Source: Heptranchias perlo
Taxonomy: Eukaryota
Direction of reading: 5' to 3'
DNA: 64,000 nt
Assembly (NCBI RefSeq): GCF_035084215.1
Contig: NC_090334.1
Coordinates: forward strand, 44,578,001-44,642,000
Both the position numbers and the translations under genes were made by a program. Each line of letters opens with the position of its first letter. Position 1 is the first letter of the stretch. The notes below the pieces were generated by a model that saw only the letters and a program-made list of their open reading frames with translations, was not told the origin of the DNA and did not search any database. This document shows, in pieces, positions 37,359 to 48,832 of this stretch.

Positions 37359-38255
37359 TCATAGAATCATAGAAAGGTTACATCACGGAAGGAGGCCATT
37401 TGGCCCATTGAGTCCCCACTAGCTCTATGCAAGAACAAGCCAGCTAGTCCTGCTCCCCCGTCCTATCTTGTAGCCCTGCAAACTTTTTCCTTTCAAGTAC
37501 TTATCCAATTCCCTTTTGAAGGCCATGATTGAATCTGCCTCCACCACCCCCTCGGGCAGTGCGTTCCAGATCCTAACTACTCGCTGTGTATAAAAAAAAT
37601 TCCTCATGTCACCTTTGGTTCTTTTGCCAATCACCTGAATTCTATGTCCTCTGGTTCTTGAAGCTTCCGCCAATGGGAACAGTTTCTCTCTATCTACTCT
37701 GTCTAGACTCTTTATGATTTTGAAAACATCTGTCAAATCTCCTCGCAACCGTCTCAAGGAGAACAACCCCAGCTTCTCCAGTCTATCCATGTAACTAAGG
37801 TCCCTCATCCCTGGAATTATTCTAGTAAATCTCTTCTGCACCCTCTCTAAGGCCCTTCACATCTTTCCTAAACTGACGTGCCTAGAACTGGACACACTAC
37901 TCCAGTTGTGGCCAAATCAGTGTTTTATAAAGGTTCATCATGACTTCCATACTTTTGTACTCTATGCCCCTCTTTATAAAGCCCAGGATCCCATCTACTT
38001 TTTTAACCGCTTTCTCAACCTGCCCTGCCACCTTCAATGATTTGTGCACGTATATCCCCATTCCTGTACCCCTTTTAGAGTTGTGCCCTCTAGTTTATAT
38101 TGCCACTGCTCGTTCTTCCTACCGAAATGTATCACTTCGCATTTTTCTGCTTTAAATTTCATCTGCCACGTGTCCGCCCATGCCACCAGCCTGTCTATAT
38201 CCTCTTGAAGTCTATCACTATCCTCCTTAATGTTTACTACCCTTCCAAGTTTAGA
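37359..38255 (-). mobile_element. CR1 LINE 3' fragment inside the L2
   Basis: tcatagaatcatag tail; ORF 37425..37841 QKRFTRIIPGMRDLSYMDRLEKLGLFSL. Confidence 0.9.
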
Positions 38256-40465
38256 GTCAAGAAACGGCCCTTATCAAAGTCACAAATGACATTCTATATG
38301 ACTGTGACCATGGTAAACTAGCCCTCCTCACCCTTCTCAACATGCCTGCAGCCATTGACATGGTTGACCACACCATCCTCCTTCAAAGCCTCTCCTCCGT
38401 CCTCCAGCTGGTAGGGACTGCGCTCGCCTGGTTCCATTCTTCTCCATCCAGTCATAGCCAGAGAATCAAGTGCAATGGCTTCTCTTCCTGCTCCCACACT
38501 GTTATGTCTGGAATCCCCCAAGGATCTATCCTTGGTTCCCTCCTATTTCTCATCTACATGCTGCTCCTCGGTGACATCATCCGAAAGCACGTGAGGTTTC
38601 ACCTGCACGTTGACAATACTTAGCTCTACCACACCACCGTCTCTCTACCACCCCTCTTGACCCTCCCACCGCCTCTGATTTGTTACACTGCTTGTCCGAC
38701 ATCCAGCACTGGATGAGCAAAAATTTCCTCCAACTAAATATTGGAAAGACCAAGGCCATTGCCTTCGATCCCCACCATAAACTCTGTTCCCTAGCCACTG
38801 ACTCCGTCCCTCTCCCTGGCCAGTGTCTGAGGCTGAACCAAACTGCTTGCAATCTTGGCGTCCTATTTGACCTTGAGATGAGCTTCCGACCACATTTCTG
38901 CTCCATCACCAAGACCACCTACTTCCACCTCCGTATTATCACCGGCCTCCACCCCTGCCTCAGCTATCTTCTGCTGAAACTCTCATCCATGACTTTGCTA
39001 CCTCTAGACTTGACTATTCCAATGCTCTCCTGGCCGGCCTCCCATCTTCCACCCTCCATAAACTTGAGCTCATCCAAAACTGCTGCCATATCCTAACTCG
39101 CACCAAGTCCTATTCACCCATCATCCCTGTTCTCACTGACCTACATTGGCCCCGGTCCGGGAACACCTCAATTTTAAAATTCTCATCCTTGTTTTCAAAT
39201 TCCTCCATGGCTTTGTCCCTCCCCGTCTCTGTAACCTCCTACAACCCTCCGAGATCTCTGCGCTCCTCCAATTCTTGCCTCTTGCACATCCCCAATTTTA
39301 ATCGCTCCACCATTGGCAGCCATGCCTTCAGCTGCCTAGGCCCTAAGCTCTGAAATTCCCTCCCTGAACCTCTCGACCCCTCCTTTAAGACACTCCTCAA
39401 AACCTACCCCTTTGACTAAGCTTTTGGTCATCTGTCCTAATATCTTCTTATGTGGCTTGGTGTCAAATTTTGTTTGATAATCGCTCCTGTGATGTGCCTT
39501 GGGACGTTTTACTATGTTAAAGGTGCTATATGAATGCAAGTAGTTGTTGTTAGGGGTGGCAAGTCCCTTCCCGGAAGGGCATTAGTAAAACAGTTCAGTT
39601 TTTAAAAGAAACCAGCAGCTTTCATGGGATCACTTTATTTGGTGCCAACCCACAAATTACCAAAATTATTAAATTCAATTTCCCAGTTTACCATAGTGGG
39701 TTTTTTGTACAAAGGAATTACAATATTATAGTTCAGTCATATTTCAGTAACAAGGCTGCTCCTGACATCTGAGCAGCTTTTTGGTTTTTTTTCTATTATT
39801 GTCTGTTTTAGTACCATAATGTGTGAGCTCAAGCCCTAAAAATTTACATCTCGAGGGGACTAGAATTTCCTCTTGCTGCCAGTACTTCAGGGGTTAACTA
39901 CATTTCATCATAAAAGCATCTTTTTCTTTAAATATTGTATACTCAGTGATTCACAATAATGAATATTTATTATTTTTATTCTAATGTGCAATTTGTAAGC
40001 AGCTACATTACCATGATCTTCCAGAGGCAGGGCTGGTTTTCTTTAGTGCCAGCAGCAGTGGTGTTGCAGCATTAATTTACAAATATAGTGCAATCTGAAT
40101 GAGATTCTGCAGTGCAAAAAAGATTTATTTCAAAGTTGGACATATTCTGTTCTTCAGTACATAGGATGGGGTTGGGTCTAAACTCGAAGAGCTAGAGAAC
40201 AACATATCTTTGGATGCTTTAATTCCCATCTTTTTAACTATACATTCTCGGGGTGTGGCCGTCACTGACAAGGCCGGCTTTTATTGCCCATCCCTAGTTT
40301 CCCTGAGAAGGTAGTGGTGGACCATCGAACCGCTAAGTCTATATGGTGAGGGTACTCCCACAGTGCTGTTAAGTAGGGAGTTCCAGGATTTTGACCCAGT
40401 AGGGTCCATAAGGAATGAATGGCTGAGAATTGCTAGTATCCCTAAACTTCTTGTCATTAAAATTC

Positions 40466-41533
40466 TCTCCTTGTAATCTGTGATATATTAAAATTCTTCA
40501 GACCGTGCAATTCCAATTGTCACACTTCCTGCTGCCGTGATTTTTATCAAGCCTGTTTACACTTAGTCATGTATTGTTCCAGTGATCAATGCTTACACAT
40601 CTACACAAATCTCCAGACTTTCACTTTTATGTCCTCTGACACTGCAAACACTAAGCCTGTCTGCTAACTTCAAGAAGTTGGAAGTTAAAGATATCCTTGA
40701 AATTCGCGCTGAATTGTTGAAACTCAATATTTTTTCCCATACTGACCCTGATGTAAAATAAATAATTAAGCAGGCGACTTGCTGCTTCCCTGTTGTCAGT
40801 GATGTGTTGCAAATGATTATTCTGGAACCAGTTTGAAAACAGATTCCACATTATTCACCAAAAAATAAATTGCCCAATGTATTTTCTCACAGAAACATAG
40901 AAAATGGGAGCAGGAGTAGGTCAGTCGGCCCTTCGAGCCTGCTCTGCCATTCAATGTGATCATGGCTGATCCTCTATCTCAATACCATATTCCCGCTCTC
41001 TCCCCGTACCCCTTGATGCCTTCTGTGTCTAGAAATCTATCTATTTCTACAGCCTTCTGTGGTAGAGAATTCCACAGGTTCACCACCCTCAGTGAAGAAA
41101 TTTCTCCTCATCTCAGTCCTAAATGTCCTACCCCGTATCCTGAGACTGTGACCCCTCGTTTTAGACCCTAATGCCAGGGCAAACATCCTCCCTGCATCCA
41201 GTCTGTCTAGCCCTGTCAGAATTTTATACGTTTCAATGAGCTCCCCTCTCATTCTTCTAAACTCGAGTGAATACAGGCCTAGTCGACCCAATCTCTCCTC
41301 ATACGACGGTCTTGCCATCCCAGGAATCAGTCTGGTGAACCTGCTGCTTGCTGCAATTTAAAACAAACAAATTAGTGAAAGTCTGGAGATTTGTGTAGAT
41401 GTGTAAGCATTGATCACTGGAGCAATACATGACTAAGTGTAAACAGGCTTGATAAAAATCACGGCAGCAGGAAGTGTGACAATTGGAATTGCACGGTCTG
41501 AAGAATTTTAATATATCACAGATTACAAGGAGA
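40466..41533. repeat. 160-bp near-perfect inverted duplication (40466-40625 vs 41374-41533)
   Basis: tctccttgtaatctg...ccagactttcact is the reverse complement of agtgaaagtctgg...cagattacaaggaga; one mismatch seen. Confidence 0.95.
40890..41341 (-). mobile_element. CR1 3' fragment
   Basis: agaaacatagaaaatgggagcagg tail; SYEERLGRLGLYSLEFRRMRG. Confidence 0.9.
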
Positions 41534-43025
41534 CCTATGAGGAGAGAAAAGCGGGAGGGTAAGAAATTGCATCCCCTTATTTCGATAGGAGAACATTCCA
41601 AAAAAAGGCTTTAATTTGCCCCAATTAATTACATCCCAGTATTCAAACCCTGCACCTTCAATGTGTAGGTACCTAGCTGATTGGAATTAATTGAGAAAAA
41701 ATAGTAGCGAATGCTATCCACATTGTTTTTCTCTGATGTGCTACTGCACGTTAGTTTTAACATATGATGACATCTGGTTTCCTACCTCTAATCTGCTGTA
41801 TGCTGATTTCAGCGTATGGGGCAATGCCAATGGAGGCCACGTACTTCTTAGAGAACATGCAGCAACTATCATAAACCTACACCATTATACACTATTGTGT
41901 AACTCATTATGGTTGGATTGAGATTTACATTGATGTAAGTCTGGAAGCAAGTTGGATCCAATTGCAGTTGACATGTGGGTCAGGGAGACCTAAATAATTT
42001 GAGGTGGAATAAACAGGTACAAGTCTATAAAGAATTTTTTTAAAAAGATTCCGTCCACCTGGCTCCATTCATGTGTTTGGTCCCGAACTGAAGAATCAGG
42101 GAAATTACTTTTGTGGTGATTCCTGTAATGTGAGGGATGATTACTTCATCTTCTAAACTTGCATTAGGAAATTGTGTAATGATTTCTCCTTTGAATAATG
42201 GAAACTATTACGGTCAGTAATTTTCCTTTGCAAGTTCTTCTCTGTTAATTATGTGCTAAGAATGCAATATTAGATCCACCAGTTCGAAAAGAGGAACTTG
42301 AAAAATTACGGATGAATGAACGCTGGGCAGGTTTATCACGTGGCAAGTCAAGTAATGGGGCTGACCAATTTCCCAAAACTGTCCTGAAACAAGCATTGGA
42401 CCGTTATTTTAATATTACAATGAGGCTTTTTAATACTTCTGGCCTTGGGTGCCTACAGAGCAGCCCAATCCAATATGGTGGGTAGTGCAGAACGGTCCAA
42501 GAAGTTGGGAGAAGAGGGAGGAGGAGGGCACTGCACAGGAGGTCCTACCTACAGTGGGTCTTCAGAGAACACCTTGCTTCTCGGCCAGGTTGATTTAGGA
42601 ATGGGAGAGACACCTGCGCTTCACCAAGGAGGCTGCCACCAAGCTATGTCGTCTGCTGTAGCCACAACTCTGGCTGTCAAGGTCACCGTGCCCCTTTACG
42701 CCACAGTGTAATTCCAGGTTGCAGCAGGTGACATAAGTGACTCCTCCCAGTTTGCAGTGAACCACTGTACCCTTAGGCACCCATTTTACACCTGTAAAAT
42801 GGGCACAGCGAGATTGAATTTCTAGGCCTAGAAGTTTCAGGTACTGGGGAAAAAATGGCAGACAAAAACTTCTGCAGGAAGCATTTTGACTGATTTGTGG
42901 TGAAAAGATAATGTAGCATTATGTGTGGTGTCACAGAGCCATTACGTCAGTGATCAGATTAACACTGGAAATCCTATTAGAGTGCCACTTAGAAGGGTTA
43001 CTGAGGAAACGTGACACATAAGCAT

Positions 43026-43793
43026 ACAGGTGCCAGGCAATGACCATCTCCAACAAGAGAGAGTCTAACCACCTCCCCCTGACAATCAATAGCATTGCCA
43101 TCGCCGAATCCCCCACCATCAACATCCTGGGGGTTACCATTGACCAGAAACTTAACTGGATCAGCCATATAAATACTGTGGCTGCAAGAGCAGGTCAGAG
43201 GCTGGGTATTCTGCAGCGAGTTACTCACATCCTGACTCCCCAAAGCCTTTCCACCATCTACAAGGCACAAGTCAGGAGTGTGATGGAATACTCTCCACTT
43301 GCCTGGAAAAGTGCAGCTCCAACAACACTCAAGAAGCTCGACACCATCCAGGACAAAGCAGCCCACTTGATTGGCACCCCATCCACCACCCTAAACATTC
43401 ACTCCCTTCATCACCGGCGCACAGTGGCTGCAGTGTGTACCATCCACAGGATGTACTGAGGTAACTCGCCAAGGCTTCTTCGACAGCACCTCCCAAACCC
43501 ACGACCTCTACCACCTAAAAGGACAAGAGCAGCAGGCACATGAGAACACCACCACCTGCACGTTCCCCTCCAAGTCACACACCATCCCGACTTGAAAATA
43601 TATTGCTGTTCCTTCATCGTCGCTGGGTCAAAATCCTGGAACTCCCTAACAGCACTGTGGGAGAACCTTCACCACACGGACTGCAGCGGTTCAAGAAGGC
43701 GGCTCACCACCATCTTCTCAAGGGCAATTAGGGATGGGCAATAAATGCTGGCCTTGCCAGCGACGCCCACATCCCATGAACAAATAAAAAAAA
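43026..43793 (+). mobile_element. LINE 3' fragment with A-rich tail (same family as 7466-8217)
   Basis: ORF 43040..43459; tail cccatgaacaaataaaaaaaa. Confidence 0.9.
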
Positions 43794-43934
43794 GGTAAAT
43801 GTGGACATTTTTACATTGGAATTATCATAGGAAATGTTTACATAGGAGTTTTCAATGGAGCACATGACCCACATAAGAATTTTAAAATATTGTAGCTATG
43901 TGTAAGAAAAGTATGTGTGTACATAAAATTTTTA

Positions 43935-45320
43935 TATAGACATAGAGGTTACAACACAGAAACAGGCCATCCAGGTGTCAGTGTTACCCTCCTTGCAAGT
44001 AAATAGTTCCAATCACATTTACCTGTCCTGTTCCCATATTCCTTCAATCCTAATTCTTCATCTACCCATCCAATCTAACCTTGACTGTTGACATTGTTTT
44101 TGCCTCAGCCAAATCCTCACATTCTGTGTAAAGAAGTCTCTCCTGCCCTTTATTCTAAATCTCTTACATTTAATATTGTATCTATAACGTCCTCGTTCTT
44201 GACCCCCTCAACTACTGGAAACAGTTTGCTTCTACTTATCCTGTTTCATCCTTTCATAATTTTAAACACTACTATCATATCAACCCATAATTTGCATTTG
44301 AATTTTCCACATCTTCATATTTGTATTTTCTCATACCAGGCAGCATCCTAATGAATCTGCATTGTACCCTCTCTAAAACCTCAATATCCTTCTTGTAGTG
44401 CGGGGCCCAATACTGCACACAGTACTCTAACTGAGGTGTTATTAAGGTTTTATATAGGCTCATCATCACCTCTTGGCTTTTATACATCATACTTCTTGTA
44501 ATAAAACCTAGAATTCAATTAGCTTATTTTACGGCCTTTAATATCCTGTGAATCTGTACCCCCAAATTCTTTTGCTCTTCAACAGCACCGAGCCTACTTA
44601 CATTCAGAGTATAATTACTGCTGTTATGTTTTTTTATCAAAATACATCACCTCACACAAACTGACATTCAATTTCATCTGCAATTTTTAGCCCATTCCCC
44701 CATGTTATCAATATCCCTTTGCAGCTGCCTTTAGTCTTCTAAAGATTAACTACACCTCTTATTTTGGTATCATCTGCAGATTTCGATAGCACTCACTCTA
44801 GGCCAAATCCAAATCATTGATAGACACAATGAACAAAAGTGGCTGCAGAACTAAACACTGAGGGACACCACTACCCACTTCCAACCCCTCTGAAAAAGTG
44901 CCCCTAAATCCTATTTTCTTTTTCTCCCTTCCAACCAATTTTTAATCCAGTTTGCTATCCTCCCTCTAGTTCCATATACCTTAATTGTCTGTAGTAATTT
45001 CTCATGTGGTGCCTTGTCAGAGGCTTTCCTAAAGTTCACGTATACTGCATTCACTGAATTATTCCTATCTACCTGATAGAATTCTATGAGGTTTGTCAAG
45101 CACGAATGTCCCTTTTGAAATCTAGCAGACTACTTCTAACTATTTTCTCTTTATCCAGATACTTGATAATTTCATCCTTAATCAAAGACTCTAAAATTTT
45201 CCCTACCACAGATGTTAAGATAACTGGCCTGAAATTACCTGGATTAGCTCTGTAACCTTTTTAAAAATGGGCCACACTCCGGTCCTTTGGAACATATCCA
45301 TAATCTAGAGTTCTGAAATA
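43935..45320 (-). mobile_element. Old CR1 fragment
   Basis: LEYCVQYWAPHYKKDIEVLERVQ and VYVNFRKASDKAPH. Confidence 0.8.
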
Positions 45321-46000
45321 TAATATCTATGTGGGAGTGGTGGAGAGTTGCTCCAGTGAAAGAAGTTCGAAACAAGAGTCAAGGATTTCTGCCTTGAGAC
45401 AGTTCCTAGAAAATAAATAATTGGTGATTCCTTTACCCACTACAGCTCTATAAACACATCTACATAAACAACAACTGTTTTTGAATTCTCAGTATAAAAA
45501 TAAAGCACAGTTGCTCTAATCACCATCATCTCTCACAGCAGCCTCTTTTTGAAGTTAGAAAAAGCACTTCAAATTAGTTACTTCAAAAAAGGTCCAGGTT
45601 GTTTTGAAATCATTTGAAAAAACAAATGTATAAATATTATCGTAGCTGAGAAAAGACCGGGTTATAGTTGCACAGAAAATGTATTAATACATGCTGGGAG
45701 ATTCTCCACACTGCTTGTCACAAACTATTGCATCCTGAGAATTGTAGGCAGAGGTGTAGTTGGTAACACACACTGGCAGGCAAGTGTAATTGCAGCATAA
45801 CACATTATAAGTGTGGATATAAGATTTTATAATAGGAAAAGTTCACAAGCAACGCAGGCAGGTGTAAGATTTTAATATATAAATGTATAGATTATGAAAT
45901 ATGTAATTTATGTTTTAATTGTGGTAAAAACTTAATTTTGAGCCATGGTTATTTGACTTTGAGGACAAAAGATTCTGGGGAAAATCAAGTCATTTGAGTA

Positions 46001-46099
46001 AAAACATAAAATACTGGAAACACTCAGGAGGTCAGGCAGCATCTGTGGGGAGAGGAAGATGGGGTTAACGTTTCAGGTAGATGTCATTTCGACATAACC
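46001..46099. mobile_element. Truncated Penelope-derived short element with a 10-bp TSD
   Basis: Related to 29784-29956 and 62720-62797; catttgagta at 45991-46000 and 46100-46109. Confidence 0.6.
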
Positions 46100-46519
46100 C
46101 ATTTGAGTAGTTGGGTGTCTGCTTTTATTTACCTTGGGTTAAGATAGAGCTCTGATTTGCTGTGTTATGAATATGATTTTTTTGAGTCAATCAGGCAAAA
46201 GCGTGACAAGAAATTTTAATATCGAGGGGTGTGAAGGACATAATAGATTATGAAATATGTAATTTATGTTTTAATTGTGCCACTGACAAAATCTGTGCCA
46301 AACCTGCCCTTTAAGTTAGATTAAAATAGACAGGTGCAGTGATATGAATTTAACTTGACACAAAAAGGTCTTGGGTTGGGGGCAGTTGGCGCTGTTGGTT
46401 TCTAGGTATTACTGTGGCCAATCTGTCTGCTCTATTTGTTTCTTGTTTAGGTGCCTTTGGGGGGGGGTTTAAGCACAAACGTGTCCATCCACCGTTGACA
46501 CTGGGTCACCCTACAAAAT

Positions 46520-46745
46520 CCTGACTAATCAATCACCACACCCAATTAGATAAAAATTTTATTATCCTTGTTGATGATGCACTCGAGTCCCTGCGGTGCC
46601 CACCGGTCGGGGAAAGCCTCAAGCGTTTTGGCAGACACCACGTGCTCCTCCTTCAGAGCCACCTGGGCACGGAGAATCCGTGGAAGAGAGGCAAACAGAC
46701 AGAGCGAACCTCCCCGCCACGGGCCATGTCTGGCCTGGACCTGTG
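46520..46745 (-). mobile_element. L1/Tx1-like LINE 3' fragment
   Basis: Minus-strand RAQVALKEEHVVSAKTLEAFPDRWAPQGLECII resembles Tx1-clade ORF2 C-termini. Confidence 0.55.
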
Positions 46746-47003
46746 GATTGCCACCTTGGTCAGGCCCAGGAGCAGACCCAGGAGGAGATCCTGTGACTTG
46801 CGCATCCCCCCCCCCCCCCCCCACAAACAAAGATCAGGAGCGTGTGACTGAAGTGCAACCAAAACTTGAGGAGCAGCCCCCTTAAAAATTGAAATAGCGC
46901 TGCAACCTCTCACATTCTTCGTAAACATGGAGAAGGGACTCATCTGACTGCTCTGTTTTGGGGGCTGAGTCTGATCTCAGATAAGTCTTCAATGAAATGC
47001 AAG

Positions 47004-47090
47004 TGACGCAGGCCAGCGAGTGAAGATCGCCGCAGCCAATAGCAGGTTTCCAGTCCAAGAACTATTTATACTAAAGGAGCCGGAAACATT
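47004..47090 (+). promoter_or_regulatory. GCH1: GCH1 proximal promoter: CRE-like TGACGCA, CCAAT box, TATA-like TATTTATA, ETS-like CCGGAA
   Basis: TGACGCA 47004-47010, CCAAT 47036-47040, TATTTATA 47063-47070, at the start of a CpG-rich block (~47000-47600) upstream of ATG 47196. Confidence 0.75.
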
Positions 47091-47195
47091 ATTGTGTGTT
47101 TGAACGAGCGGCAGCAGCAACTTGTCCCAATCCGCAGATCCCTCCTCCCTGGGCAAGGCGCAGCCGAGTGGTTCGAGTTCCTGCTCCCCACATTA

Positions 47196-47550
47196 ATGGA
47201 TTGCGAGAAGCAGCGAGCGAAAGGGGGCCACGCCGAGGGGCTGAGCGGCGGCGGGGGTTCGGGCAAGCTGCCCCGGTCCGTGCCCGCTGCCGGTGGTGCC
47301 AGTGGCTGGGTGGGTGGGCACTCTGAGCCGCCCGAGCGGCAGGCACAGAGAGCGGCGGACCAGTGGAAGGAGGAGCGGACCCGCAGCGCCGAGGACAACC
47401 AGTTGAATTTGCCGAGTCTGGAAACCGCCTACTCGGTTATCCTGAAGGGGCTCGGGGAGGATCCCGGGCGGCAGGGGCTCCTCAGGACACCGTGGAGAGC
47501 CGCCACAGCCATGCAGTTCTTCACCAAGGGTTACCAGGAGAAGGTTTCAG
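47196..47550 (+). CDS. GCH1: GTP cyclohydrolase 1, coding exon 1
   Basis: MDCEKQ...[60 protein letters not shown]; phase-1 donor CAG|gtagag; exon 2 not found in the window. Confidence 0.95.
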
Positions 47551-48379
47551 GTAGAGTCAACGCGAGGAGGGAGTGGGGAGCTCACCTCCCTTTTACTGCC
47601 TAAAAAAAAAACTCTCCCTTTCCCCTCTCTCTCTGCATCGACTGTGATTAAATAACTTAAAATGTTTTAATGATTTCCTGATCGTCGTACCTTTTAATAT
47701 AAAGATTTTATACATTTTGTGTAAAGGTGGGCAGTGGATCTCGTTTTGAGAGCCTGTGGTTGCTTGGAGGTGCTATCACTGCTTTTGAAGTATGGTACAC
47801 TTGTCACGCTGTAAACCGTACAGGAAACCCCGTTTCATTTGGTCTCTTTCGCTCTCCCATTCACTAAAGTTTGATGCTTTTCCACAGTTTCTGAATATAC
47901 TGCAGTCAGCGGCGCCCTAACAAGGTGGTTCACGTCTGACGGTCATATGAAAGGAGTTTGCGTTCTTTCTCCCCTCCCCTACTTGTACCATCCCCATGCC
48001 CAAAAGGGCAGGGAACCTGCTCGGCCATTTGGACTTTAACCAAACGGTAGATGTCCCAACGTGACTTTTAAGTGTATATAAGTTCGGTGGGGGAGTGCTT
48101 TGTTACAAGTCCCTGTATCCCTAACAGCTTAATTGAAATTACCAGCATACTGTTTGTGGCGAATTCTACCATTCTCTGCGTACCACCCTGATATTGAAAA
48201 TCTACAAAGCTGAACTACCAATAGTTTATACAGGACTTTAAAAACTGTTTATGAATATACCAGTAATTCAGTATTCCTAATAGCACACCTATTGTATTGC
48301 CAAGCTTTTTGAAGTCAATGTTATTAAAGGTATCAATACTAACTCCATCCTCTGCTCAGTTTTGTCTAAACATTTGTAA

Positions 48380-48832
48380 ACAATTTTACAACACCAAGTT
48401 ATAGTCCAGCAATTTTATTTTAAATTCACAAGCTTTCGGAGATTTTCTCCTTCCTCAGGCAAATGTTTCAAGATCTCCTTGAAGCCTACGCATTTATACA
48501 TATTGAACAATAATACATGGTGTTTACAGACTGCCCCTGCAACTGCCCGTTGCCAAGGCAATCACCGTGTTCAGACAGAGAGGTGTTACCTGCAGAACCT
48601 CCGAATACACATTCAACAAAAAAACAAACAGGGAAAAAAAACAGAGAAAAAAAAACACAGAGAGAGGCAGAAACATCCGGAAGGCAGAGAGAGCCAGCAA
48701 ATGACCCATTATATTAAAAACAGATAACATTTGTTCGCTGGTGGGGTAACGTGTAGCGTGACATGAACCCAAGATCCCGGTTGAGGCCGTCCTCATGGGT
48801 GCGGAACTTGGCTATCAATTTCTGCTCGACGA
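48380..48832 (-). mobile_element. 5'-truncated Penelope-like element (GIY-YIG ORF end plus 3' UTR with hammerhead)
   Basis: ~48738-48832 matches the ORF end of the 59742-62107 element; the rest of the UTR differs. Confidence 0.85.
48426..48463 (-). ncRNA. Minimal type I hammerhead ribozyme motif
   Basis: Minus strand TTTGC-CTGAGGA-A-GGAGA-AAA-TCTCC-GAAA-GCTT-GTGAA. Confidence 0.7.

Larger units (their letters stand above)
33100..39550 (+). mobile_element. L2-type LINE split into three pieces (33100-33430, 37328-37358, 38261-39550) by nested insertions
   Basis: RT reads ..LESL / SGFRRCHSTE / ETALIKVTND..; continues GIPQGSILG and LQLNIGKTKAI; L2-like tail tgctatatgaatgcaagtagttgttgt. Confidence 0.85.

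Noticed and set aside
47094-47195. N-terminal extension of GCH1 from a GTG start
   Set aside because: The GTG lies about where the TATA box predicts the TSS and the peptide has no recognisable homology; ATG 47196 gives a normal-length exon 1
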